From the human T2T-CHM13v2.0 reference genome, Homo sapiens, in NCBI RefSeq assembly GCF_009914755.1, contig NC_060925.1: a stretch of 64,000 bases of DNA; one strand, 5' to 3'. Under the pieces are notes generated by a model. That model made no database searches. It saw only the letters and a list, made by a program, of their open reading frames with translations, and was not told the origin of the DNA. A program made the position numbers and the translations under genes. This document shows positions 39,533 to 53,300 of this stretch, one piece after another (within the stretch, counting starts at the first letter, position 1; each line of letters starts with the position of its first letter).

Positions 39533-41667
39533 TATTTCAGACAGCACCCACGAGGAATCATCTGGAAAATGTAAGTGGCCAGACAGTGCGTTCCCCAGAG
39601 GCTGCTGCATGGAGTGTGTGTACACGCGGGTTCTGGATGTTTCCATCTAGCGCTCTTCACAAAAGCACAGCGGATAAAACAATAAAAGCAGGGCTTTTGA
39701 GAATCTGGAATACAGATTTTTGGTAACTCCCAAGCGGCCCTGCCTTTGTCTCTCTCCACAGCTCCTTTGGCCCATACCCCCCTCCCCTGATTCCCCCATC
39801 ACTGAGAGAACATGGGGCAGAGCACATGAAAACCGTAATACCTCCCTGTAAGCCAGGCGCTGCCCTCAAAGCTCCACAGGCATTATTTCCCTCGCCCACT
39901 CCATGGCCTCAAGAGACTGACACGGAACACCTCCAGCCCTAGACAGGAGGAAGCAGCGGGGCTTGCTTGGTTAGGTGACTGGCTGAAGGTTGCATGCAAA
40001 TTTCAGTTTCCTGATTCTGACCTACACCAAGGGCTTTACAACAGGTTCCAGGAAGAGAAGAAACACTCCCATGTTGAATGCACAGTGTTCCATAGTGCAA
40101 GATGATCCCGACCGTGGAAACATGAAAACATGAAGCAAAGAGTGTGTCATAGAATTGAAGGATAGGCACTTAGTGGGAGCCCGGCATGGCATTTTGAGGC
40201 TGGGGATGTGGGAGGGTGGGGCTGCCCCTCTCATGCCCACAGTCTGGTGGGGAAGAGGTTGGAGGTGCGGAGGGAACAGCAGGGCCTGTGACATGAGAGA
40301 GTGAGGGGCCTTGCTCAGCGATCAGGGCCTGGAAAAGAATCTGTCCATGGCAAATCATTAACGTTTCTGTTTGAAAAGCTCTGAGTGTATCATGACACAT
40401 GAGGTCGAATCCCTAAGACTTCACAGCGCTCTCCATCATCACACAGCTCTTGGGGGGTGGGGGGCACTGTTCCCATCCCACTGCAGCCATGCTGGGGTGG
40501 CGGGTCCCCTCCTGCATGTCCGACTCGCTCATCTCTCCGATGCAAGTACTTTGTCCCTCCTCCAGGGCACACACGTTCCTTACTGTGGCACCTTCCTGCC
40601 CCCTGAGCTGCTTGGGGGCCCGGGCTGCCTCATCTTCATCCCACTCTCTCAGCACGAGCCTGATGAGCAGCCAGCCCCCAGCACAGGGCTGTGCAGGGAG
40701 AAGCCTGCAGTCCTTTCCGCCTCCCCAGAAAGTTGTTTAATTCCCCTGTGACGGGTCGTTTTCCCACTAGCCAGGGGAAGATCTAGCAGCTACTGTGCTT
40801 AGAGCATTCATAGGAAATAAAAGGGCAGCCCTTGATAGCTGACGTCATGCTTTTTGGACTGACTCCTTCCTTCTTCCCTCCCTCCCTCTTAAACCTTCTT
40901 CATGGAGACCCTGCCACCTACAGTGTGGATGGAGAGAGTGGAAATGGAGAGTCTCATTTTCCACGGGACTTTCTGTCTAGGGAGACGCAGGCATTGATCA
41001 GATGGTCACCCGTCTGTTTTGTTATAAACTGTGATAAGTCTGTGAAGTTAAAATATGAGGGACCAGGAGAGCAGATGTCAGAGAAACCTGACTGCCTGTG
41101 TACCCATGGTGTGTGTGCGTGTGAGGAGGTACAGGGAGGGTCAGGGGTGTGTTTGCTGCAGTGCTGTTTGAGCTAAGATCTAGAGGATGAGCAGGAGCCG
41201 GGTAGACAAAGTTCTTTGGTAGAACTGGGTTCTGAAAGTTATGTGAGAGATTTTTGCCAGTGGGTAAATTATTAATTACAAGACATAAAATGCCATTCGG
41301 ATTAGCCTGAGTAAGTGGGGGGTTGTTATGTCACACTGGAATCTGAGGGCAGGAAATAAAACTGCAGCTGGGCATGGACCTGGGTGGGCTGGAACCAAGG
41401 TCTCTTTGGGCCATATCCCCTGCCCCTCTCTGTCTCTTTTTCTCTGTCTGCCTCTTTCTCTCTCTACCCCCTCCCTCTCCCTACCCACCGACTTATCATC
41501 AGTGGCATGTCTAGAGCTGGGACTAGAATCCCAGTTTCCATGTCCTAGTCTTTCCATAGATTTTACACAGGTCACTTAGGAAGTGTGTAGCTCTGAGAAA
41601 CTACAGGTTAAAAATGGCCAGTGAAGTAGAGTTTTGCATCTGTTGATCCTTGGGTAGTTGCTGTGGC

Positions 41668-41978
41668 AGTTTTTTGTTTTTGTTTTTGTTTTTTTTGAGA
41701 CTTGAGCCTCGCTCTGTGCCCCAGGCTGGAGTGCAGTGGCGCGATCTCGGCTCACTGCAACCTCCACCTCCCGGTTCAAGTGATTCTCCTGCCTCAGCCT
41801 CCCGAGTAGCTGGGATTACAAGTGCGTGCCACCACACCCAGCTAATTTTTGTATCTTTAGTAGAGACGGGGTTTCACCATGTTGGCCAGGCTGGTCTTGA
41901 ACTCCTGACCTCAAGCTATCCACCTGCCTTGGCCTCCCAAAGGACCGAGATTACAGGGGTGAGCCACTGCACCCGGCC
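41668..41978 (-). mobile_element. AluS
   Basis: Alu consensus; TSD tgtggcag(t/a)ttttt. Confidence 0.94.
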
Positions 41979-42536
41979 TGTGGCAGATTTTTAATCACAT
42001 AAGTGAGCGCTCTCTGGACTCCACATCAATAATGACTTTTGGGGGTAAAATGCATTATACAAATTCATTATCTCACCTAATCCCCACAAAAGACCTATAC
42101 ATAAGGTAGGTATTATGTAGTCTTATTTTCAAGTGATGGAACCAAGGCTCAAGAGGTTGCATTTTGTCTAAGTTAATTCTAACAATGTGGAGTTGTCAGA
42201 ATGCCTATAAAACGCCATCCCGAGCTGTGCTCTCCACTCTTCGCTGTGAGTAGGGAGCGCTCAGCGAGTGTCCACGCCAGCCAACGAGTGTGAGCTCTCA
42301 GTCCTCACAACATCCCACAGATGGGGAAAGTGGGGTTCAGAGAGGTAAAGGACCATCCAGAGGCATAATTTGGGGTCAGTTTGTAATTTGAATCTGGGAA
42401 CGTCTATTGCCAGAGTCCAAGCTCTTAAATGTCACCTTTGGTGTGTCTGCTTCTAGCAGTTCACCAAAACACATCTCAGTGTCCTTCTAGACTGACCTGG
42501 GATGTGCAGCTGACAAGTTGCTCTCATGCCTTCCAG

Positions 42537-42759
42537 GTTGCCCCTCTACCTGGCCTCCCTCTTCATCAGCCTTGTTTTCCTGTTGGTGAATTTAACCTGT
42601 GCTGTGCTGGTAAAGACGGGAAATTGGGAGAGGAAGGTTATCGTCTCTGTGCGAGTGGCCATTAATGACACGCTCTTCGTGCTGTGTGCCGTCTCTCTCT
42701 CCATCTGTCTCTACAAAATCTCTAAGATGTCCTTAGCCAACATTTACTTGGAGTCCAAG
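42537..42759 (+). CDS. GPR137B: GPR137B exon 3 (223 nt; LPLYLASL...NIYLESK)
   Basis: ccttccag|G acceptor and AAG|gtaggt donor; phase 2 to 0; two hydrophobic segments. Confidence 0.97.
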
Positions 42760-42855
42760 GTAGGTGGAAATGTGGTCAAGATCCCTCCCATGAAACGTGT
42801 TCTAAAAAGAGTTTCCTGGTTTGCAAAAGTACATTTTGATGAATTTTAGACTTGA

Positions 42856-43223
<368 letters not shown>

Positions 43224-44007
43224 ACTACTCAAGGCTTTTAACAACAGAACTGTGGTTTTTAATAGGAAGGGTTGAATCATAGGTTGTCAGAATACCACTG
43301 AGCTCACCCCTATGGCACACAAGCTAACAAAGCACTACTGGCAAAAGAAAATAATATCTTAGGTTTAGTTAATGACTGTCTAATACAGTACTCAAAAGTC
43401 AGTTTTAGTTTTTTGGTCATGTTAACTATCCATTTTGAGCCAGGGGTCTTTTAACTGTCTTTGGAAATTGATAGCTTCATAACGTGGGGCACAAATCACT
43501 GATTTCCAGGTAATTCCGAGTCCAAAGTCACATTAGGGCTCCTGTATTCCCGGCCTCAAAGATTCCAGACAGAGCCGTCCTGAGCTCTGCCCCAGCCATT
43601 GTCCCTCTGAGATTGTTTACTTGCCTCCTTGAGCCAGAGGCCCTGGCCCCGGGCTCACCTGCTGCGTGTGGAAGCCAAGAAGATCCTCTTGGAGCTGAGC
43701 AGTGGCCATCAGAGATTTAGCAAAGCAGCCATCTGACTTTCTTGCTCGTACACTCTAGGCCACGGGAAAATGGTGCATATTTTAACCCTGTTAAAGGCAT
43801 CTCCAAACCAAGTCCCAGGGTCCATATGAAGACACTTGAAATTGTAGGAAGAAGGAGTGTGAAAAGGACTCTGATGGAAGACCCAACAAGATCACAGTGC
43901 TCTGAGATCCCAAAGGGCTTTACCAGACTGATAGCAGGTGGGGGCTGGGGAAGGGGCTGGTGTCTTGGACCTGGAGTGTCCCATACCTTCTGCTCCCTCT
44001 TTTCCAG

Positions 44008-44157
44008 GGCTCCTCCGTGTGTCAAGTGACTGCCATCGGTGTCACCGTGATACTGCTTTACACCTCTCGGGCCTGCTACAACCTGTTCATCCTGTCATTT
44101 TCTCAGAACAAGAGCGTCCATTCCTTTGATTATGACTGGTACAATGTATCAGACCAG
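44008..44157 (+). CDS. GPR137B: GPR137B exon 4 (150 nt; GSSVCQ...WYNVSDQ)
   Basis: ctcttttccag|GGC acceptor and CAG|gtcagt donor; phase 0 to 0. Confidence 0.97.
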
Positions 44158-44194
44158 GTCAGTGGGGGCGCTGAGGAGGTGTCACCTGACCAGG

Positions 44195-44506
44195 GACTCT
44201 TGGTATCCTCGAGGCATTGGTTCCAGGACCCCAGAAAATACCAAAATCTGGATGCTCAAGTCCCTGATATAAAATGGTGTAGTATCTGCATATAACCTAC
44301 ACGCATCCTTCTGTATACTTTAAATTAATCTCTAGATGATTTACAATACCAAATACAACACAAATGCTATGTAAACAGTTGTTATACTACATTGTTTGAA
44401 AATTTCTATTTTTAATTGTTATTAGTATTTTTTATTTTCAAATATTTTTGATCCGTGGATGGTTGAGTCTGCAGATGTGGAACCCGCTGATATGGAGGGC
44501 CGACTG
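44195..44506 (+). mobile_element. MER2 (TcMar-Tigger)
   Basis: ttggttccaggacccc...atgctcaagtccctgatataaaatggtgtag...gatatggagggccgactg. Confidence 0.85.
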
Positions 44507-44762
44507 TTTGCATTTCAGTGGTTCACATGGGAGACAAGTCCATGGTCCTTGTTTCTGCTGGTGAATGACTGAGTGACCTTGAGAGGTCACTTCCCTGTGT
44601 GGCATCTGAACTCATCTGTCAGATGGGATCACAGCACCTGCCTTGTTCCCTTTTGAGAAAACCAGGAGATTACATATTTGTGTGTATGTATCCACATACA
44701 TGTGTACACACATACTTTGCACTCCATTCTCCCTCTTAGGGCTTTTATTAAGCAGTACTTAA

Positions 44763-45084
<322 letters not shown>

Positions 45085-46001
45085 TGATATTATTAAAGGG
45101 TGACATTTGCAGATAGTAAGCAAATTGTATTCAGACTTTAGAAAATACATAGGACTATGAAGTTATGAGAATGTTTTTGTTTTTTTTGTCATCCTCAGGG
45201 AGTGAATTTTTTTTAATGGAGCACGTACACAGCATTTGAGAAAATCTAGACAAAAGTGACTGAGGATATTAAAGTTTTATAAAAGCTCATGGCACTAGTT
45301 GTTGCAATATGATACTCTTTTTAAAAATACATTCTATAAATGTATAAGTTACGAGTCATAAAGCAAATGAACAAAGGTAGTGAAATGTCATCTGCCATCC
45401 ATGCTCACAAAAACTCAAAGCAACAATGAGAATGAACCACCATTCACTCATTTGACAAACAGCATTTTTTTTTTTTCCTCATCTTGGGCACTGTGCAAAG
45501 TGCCAGGGATACAAAACCGAACAGACTCATTCCCTGCCCTTTGGGAGCTTTATGGTCCACTAAGGAAAAGAGACACACAGATTAGCCATTAACAATAAAG
45601 AAATGTAACTTCTCTATTATACATTTATTAGATTGATTGGCAAAGGTTCCTTAGCTTTTCTTGGAAAAGTATTGAATACCTAACCATCTATAAATCTTCT
45701 AACATCTCAATAGTGCTCAAACCCTGAGCTGGATTTAGACAGTGGAAGAAAGAATAAAATGATCATGATAAGCTAAACCTGTGAGGACAAGGTAAAATTG
45801 TGTTGTAATTAGAAAGGATTAAAACCACATCTCTGAACCCAAACCAACACCACAAACACAGGATGGCAGAAAGCTGGGCAAGGCACTGCTAAGGGCGTGC
45901 ACTATTTTGAGGAAATCAAGTATATGAAAATCTAAACTTTAAACAATGATTAATTAGAGACAATCATAATACACAAAGGATTTGATTTTGTATTGTAGTA
46001 A

Positions 46002-46332
<331 letters not shown>

Positions 46333-46611
46333 CTATTTTAACCATTTTTAAGTGTACAGTTCACTGGTATTAAGTACACTCAGTGTTGTGCAGCCATCAT
46401 CACCATCCATCTCTAGAATTTTTTCATCTTCCTAAACTGAAACTCTGTATCCATTAAATAACAAAGATTTGGGTTTAACAAAGTTACTTCAGTTTTTCTT
46501 CAAGTAAGAATGCATGGGTGCTCTGCCTATAAACTCTATATATGGAGGAGTGGCCATTCTTTCTTTACTTTCCTAATCTTGCTTTCACTTAAAAACAACA
46601 AAAAAAATTTA

Positions 46612-46892
46612 TGGGTGGGTGCAGTGGCCTGTAATCCCAGCATTTTGGGAGGATCACTTGAGGCCAGAAGTTTGAGACCAGCCCTGGCAACATAGCAAGA
46701 CCTCATCTCTACAAAAAATAAAAAATTAAAATTAAAAAATAACCCAGGCATGTTGGCACACACCTGTAGTCCTAGCTGCTTGGAGGGATCACTTGAGCCC
46801 AGGAGCTGAAGGCTGCAGTGAGGTGTGATCGCACCACTGCACTCCATCCTGGGTGACAGAGCAAGACCCTGTCTCAAACAAACAAACAAAAA
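46612..46892 (+). mobile_element. AluJ
   Basis: Diverged Alu consensus. Confidence 0.88.
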
Positions 46893-47918
46893 ATATATAT
46901 ATAAAATTTATAATTGCAGTGGATTTAAAATATGACAATCTTTAAAATTCTTCTATTTTTATGGGATATTTATGGTTATCTAGATGTGTGTTGCCACCAA
47001 AATAATCTAGGAGCAAGCAAAACAAATGACCACAGTTGTATGACTTACTTGTGCGGAATCAAAAAAGAACACATGATGGAGATGTGATATAGAGGAAGTA
47101 AGAGAGTGATCTTTCTGAAAGAAGCATGCGTAGTTTTGGTCACCATGCTTTAAGTATGATGTTATAGAGAAGGCAAAAGGGTTAAGTTTAGGTGTTTGGG
47201 CCTTTACGATTGCCCAAACCCAACCATGTGCTTTCCTCAGGAACCTTCTGTCTGTTCTGAAGAGAGAACACTGCTCCACCAAGCTCTCTGGCCATCTCAC
47301 TGGGCCTCATACCAAACACCTTAGGCTCTGTGGATTGTTTTTCTAGACAAGCTAGCCTACAGTACGCTTTAAAGGGTAAACAACAGGATATGGTTTATGT
47401 GAAGAAACATTTGAAAGTTGACCTCTTTATCCTAGGGATGAGACTAAGGGATAATAGTTGTATGCTGCTCCCAAGAATTTAGGAGGAGGCAACATAACCT
47501 TCTCACTATTCAATTGTTGAAGAAAATCAGCTTAGATTTAAGTGAGAGTGTTAATTTGGACTTAAGAGTTTTGGGGGCATGAAATATTAAAACATCAGAG
47601 GTTAGAAGTTTCTGTCTTTGAATATTTTGAAGAAGAAGATAATCATTTATCTCATATGGTTTAAAAAATCCGTATCTGAGGTCTAGACCATTACTATTAT
47701 CTGATTTCAATGTGCATATTTTAGGAGAATGTACTATACTATATTTTAATACTTTAAATAGAAGTATTAATATAGTATATTCGGTAGTACATTCTAAAAT
47801 ATAGGGGAATGAATTGTACTAGAGTATTAGAATTATTCTCTGTTCACATTAGAAAGAAACAATCAAATTTATTTCCTCTTCCCTTGGTCTGATGACTCTC
47901 CCTGTCTGTTTCTAACAG

Positions 47919-48047
47919 GCAGATTTGAAGAATCAGCTGGGAGATGCTGGATACGTATTATTTGGAGTGGTGTTATTTGTTTGGGAACTCTTACCTACCA
48001 CCTTAGTCGTTTATTTCTTCCGAGTTAGAAATCCTACAAAGGACCTT
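47919..48047 (+). CDS. GPR137B: GPR137B exon 5 (129 nt; ADLKNQ...RNPTKDL)
   Basis: tttctaacag|GCA acceptor and CTT|gtaagt donor; phase 0 to 0; contains the last hydrophobic segment. Cumulative CDS 966 nt = 322 codons, continuing beyond the window. Confidence 0.96.
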
Positions 48048-48884
48048 GTAAGTAAACCATTTTACATTTGTAAGAAAATGTCTCCTAATTCTGATCATGG
48101 AACCTGCAATTAGAACTTTTTCTTCATTTTTCAGAAGAGAGCCTCTTCCTTTTGTGGTGGTATGAAAAGTTTCCTTGACTATTTTATTGAGACATTCATT
48201 TCCCTTATCTTTTGAGGGAAAATGGTTTTCAGCTTAGTTTTATTTTACAAAAGAAATGAAACTATTATAAGTTGCATCTTAAGGCCTGGGGAAAGTGATT
48301 AACTATTTCTTTTAATGCACCATTGCCTCATTAGTATTTGAGACTTGGACTTGCTGTGAACCAAGTATAGAAGCTTCTCTCATAGCAAAGGAAAATAGAG
48401 AATAGAGAAACAGAAATAGGAAATAGAGAACACTCATAGGAAATAGTATGCCGGATGGCGACTAGGGAATGGGAGGATAGGGCAATAAGAGACATCATTG
48501 TAAGGAATGCTAAACCTGCTCCCCTAGTTTGGTCACATTGCTGTTCAACCAACTTTATATGAATGTCTTTATGGGACAGGACAGAAAATGCAAAACCAAG
48601 TAGCGTGAGAAACCACCTGGGAGCCTTGTTCCGTAAATTATTCCAGCCACACAAACTAGTGGTAGCTTTTTGACTTACTGATCTATGAAACCCATAGAAA
48701 AGTACAGTGAGTGGATTTGGGGCAATGTGAGCAAAGAGCGGGTGGTGAAGAAGGCATAGATGAGTAATGTCCTCCAATAATTCACAGTTCTTATTTCATA
48801 CCCAGATGACTGACCTGTTTTTTTATCTTGTTTTTGGAAGCCGCCAGGCTTCAAACCAAGCATTCTGGTTCCAGAGTCAATGGT

Positions 48885-49220
<336 letters not shown>

Positions 49221-49514
49221 TAATCCCTGTGCTACACTGTAGCTTTCTCTGGCATCATAAGGTTTTGAGAAGAAATTATATTCTTAATATAGATGACCTA
49301 ATAGTCCTATCTATAACTTCTGTAATTACATGGGAAAAAAGTCTAATACTCTTGGGGGGAAATCTATAACTCAAACCCTTCAACTTTAAAGGAATACACT
49401 GCAGGTGGGGCATTTCTTAAAAATGTCATCTAACATTTGTATCCATAATTCATTTGGTACAAACAGGTCTCTAAACTTGGCATGATTAGAGCCAGACTTC
49501 AGAGTCTAGGTAAC

Positions 49515-49878
49515 GAGATACTCAAAGTGCGGCTCTTTACCATCTGTATCCGAATCCCTCAGGGCGCTTGGTGTAAAGATTCTTAGGTCATGTTGGAGAC
49601 CCAGACCAGAATCTCTGGGGTAGGTTCCGGGAATGTACATTTTTAATAAGCACTCCAAGTGATCTGAATGAACTGTAAAGTTTGAGAATCTCTGTCCTTA
49701 TCCTTTTCTTTTTTGAGACAGGGTCTTGCTCTGTCACCCAGGCTGGAGTGCAGTGGCACGATCACAGCTCACCTCAGCCTTGACCTCCTGGGCTTAAGCG
49801 ATTCTCTTGCCTTAGTCTTGCATGTAGCTGGGATTACTTGCATGAGCCGTGTTGCCCAGGCTGGTCTCAAACTCCTGG
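49515..49878. mobile_element. MER5-like element (about 49515-49695) and antisense AluJ fragment (49703-49878)
   Basis: ccagaatctctggggtagg...tttttaataagcactccaagtgat...aaagtttgagaa, followed by an Alu arm. Confidence 0.7.
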
Positions 49879-49884
49879 CTGTTT

Positions 49885-50330
49885 TTTGTCTTTTAAAAAC
49901 AGCTTTATTGAGATGTAACTCACTTACATAATTCACCCATTTCATGTGTATAATTGAGTGGTTTGGGGGATATTCACATATGTGCAACCATCACCACAGC
50001 CAATTTTAGAACACTTTCATCATCTCAAAAGGAAACCCCATACTATCATCTGTCATTCCCCATTTCCTTTCTGTCCCTGCCCTACCCCCAGGCATAAGCC
50101 ACTATAATCTCCTGTGTCTATAGATTTCCCTAGTCTCGACTTTCATATGAATGGAATCATATGGCATGTGGGTTTTTTGACTGGCTTCTTTCACTTAGCA
50201 GAATGTTTTTTCAAGATTCGTCTACGTTGTAACATATATTTGTACTTAATTCTTTTTTATTGCCAAATAAATATTTCATTGTATGGATAGACCACATTTT
50301 GCTTACCCATTCATCCATTGATGGACATCA
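49885..50330 (-). mobile_element. L1MB-type 3' end (host element; resumes at about 57520-58635)
   Basis: aacagctttattgagatgtaactcac...cattcatccattgatggacat. Confidence 0.8.
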
Positions 50331-53300
50331 TTTTTTTTTATTATTATACTATATATTATATATAATATAATATATAATAATATAAATAATATATAATATA
50401 TATTATATATTATATATAATATATATAATATATAATATAAATAATATATAATATATATTATATATTATATATAATATATATAATATATAATATAAATAAT
50501 ATATAATATATATTATATATAATAATATAAATAATATATAATATATATTATATATAATAATATAAATAATATATAATTATATATATTATATAATATATAT
50601 TATTAAGTTCTGGGGTACATGTGCAGAATGTGTAGTTTTGTTACATGGGTATACATGAGCTGTGGTGGTTTGCTGCACCCATCAACCCATCACCTACATG
50701 AGGTATTTCTCCTAATGCTCTCCCTCCCCTACCTCCCCACCCCCCTACAGGCCCCAGTGTGTGATGTTCCCCTCCCTGTGTCCATGTGTTCTCATTGTTC
50801 AATTCCCACTTATGAGTGAGAACATGCGGTGTTTGGTTTTCTGTTCTTGTGTCAGCTTGCTGAGAATGATGGTTTCCAGCTTCATCCATGTCCCTGCAAA
50901 GGACATGAACTCATCCCTTTTTATGGCTGCATAGTATTCCATGGTATGTATGTGCCACATTTTCTTTATCCAGTCTATCATTGATGGACATTTGGGTTGG
51001 TTCCAAGTCTTTGCTCTTGTGAATAGTGCTGCAGTAAACATACGTGTGCATGTACATGTGCATGTGTCTTTATAGTGGAATGATTTATAATCCTTTGGGT
51101 ATATACCCAGTAGTGGCATTGCTGGGTCAAATGGTATTTCTAGTTCTAGATCCTTGAGGAATTGCCACACTGTCTTCCACAATGGTTGAACTAATTTACA
51201 CTACCACCAACAGTGTAAAAGCGTTCCTGTTTCTCCATGTCCTCTCCAGCATCTGTTGTTTCCTGACTTTTTAATGATCGCCATTCTAACTGCTGTGAGA
51301 TGGTATCTCATTGTAGTTTTGATTTGCATTTCTCTGATGACCAGTGATGAGCATATTTTTCATGTTTATTGGCTGCACTTCTTTTGAGAAGTATCTGTTC
51401 ATATCCTTTGCCCACTTTTTGATGGGGTTGTTTTTTTCCTGTAAATTTAAGTTCTTTGTAGATTCTGGATATTAGCCCTTTGTCAGATGGATAGATTGCA
51501 AAAATTTTCTCCCATTCTGTAGGTTGCCTGTTTACTCTGATGATAGTTTCTTTTGCTGTGCAGAAGCTCTTTAATTTAATTAGATCCCATTTGTCAATTT
51601 TGGCTTTTGTTGCCATTGCTTTTGGTGTTTTAGAATGAAGTCTTTGCCCATGCCTATGTCCTGAATGGTATTGCCTAGGTTTTCTTCTAGGATTTTTATG
51701 GTTTTAGGTCTTACGTTTAAGTCTTTAATCCATCTTGAGTTAACTTTTGTATAAGGTGTAAGGAAGGGGTCCAGTTTCAGTTTTCTGCATATGGCTACCC
51801 AGTTTTCCCAACACCATTTATTAAATAGGAAATCTTTCCCCATTGCTTGTTTGTGTCAGGTTTGTCAAAGATCAGATGGTTGTACATGTGTGGTATTATT
51901 TCTGAGGCTTCTGTTCTGTTCCATTGGTCTATATATCTGTTTTGGTACCAGTACCATGCTGTTTTGGTTACTGTAGCCTTGTAGCATAGTTTGAAATCAG
52001 GTAGCATGATGCCTCCAGCTTTGTTCTTTTTGCTTAGGATTGTCTCGGCTATGTGGGCCCTTCTTTGGTTCCATATGAAGTTTAAAGTAGTTTTTTCCAA
52101 TTCTGTGAAGAAAGTCAGTGGTAGCTTGATGGGGATAGCATTGAATCTGTAAATTACTTTGGGCAGTATGGCCATTTTCACAATATTGATTCTTCCTATC
52201 CATGAGCATGGAATGTTTTTCCATTTGTTTGTGTCCTCTCTTATTTCCTTGAGCAGCAGTTTGTAGTTCTCCTTGGAGAGGTCCTTCATATCCCTTGTAA
52301 GTTGTATTCCTAGGTATTTTCTTCTTTTAGTAGCAGTTGTGAATGGGAGTTCACTCATGATTTGGCTCTCTGTTATTGGTGTATAGGAATGCTTGTGATT
52401 TTTGCACATTGATTTTGTATCCTGAGACTTTGCTGAAGTTGTTTATCAGCTTAAGGAGATTTTGGGCTGAGACAGTGGGGTTTTCTAAATATATGATCAT
52501 GTCATCTGCAAAAAGAGACAATTGACTTCCTCTTTTCCTATTTCAATATGCTTTCTTTCTTTCTCTTGGCTGATTGCCCTGGCCAGAACTTCCAATACTA
52601 TGTTGAATAGGAGTGGTGAGAGAGGGCATCCTTGCCTTGTGCGGGTTTTCAAAGGGAATGCTTCCTGTTTTTACCCATTCAGTATGGTATTGGCTGTGGG
52701 TTTGTCATAAATAGCTATTATTTTGAGATACATTCCATCGATACCTAGTTTATGGAGAGTTTTTACCATGAACGGGTGTTGAATTTTGTCGAAGGTCTTT
52801 TCTGCATCTATTGAGATCATCATGTAGTTTTTGTCATTGGTTCTGTTTATGTGATGGATTACGTTTATTGATTTGTGTATGTCGAACCAGCCTTCTATCC
52901 CAGATATGAAGCTGACTTGATCGTGGTGGATAAGCTTTTTAATGTGCTGCTGGATTCGGTTTGCCAGTACGTTATTGAGGATTTTCACATTGATGTTCAT
53001 CAGAGATATTGGTCTGAAATTTTCTTTTTGTTGTTGTGTCTCTGCCAGGTTTTGGTATTAGGATGATGCTGGCCTCATAAAATGAGTCAGGGAGGATTCC
53101 CTCTTTTTCTGTTGTTTAGAGTAGTTTCAGAAGGAATGGTACCAGCTCCTCTTTGTACCTCTGGTAGAATTCGGCTGTGAATCTTTCTGGTCCTGGACTT
53201 TTTTCGGTTGGTAGGTTATTAATTACTGCCTCAATTTCAGAACTTGTTATTGGTCTATTCAGGGATTCTACTTCTCCTGGTTTAGACTTGGGAGGGTGTA

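Noticed and set aside
47915-47922. Alternative AG 4 nt inside exon 5 (acag|gcag)
   Set aside because: It would frameshift the CDS, the first AG is normally favoured, and there is no evidence of use.
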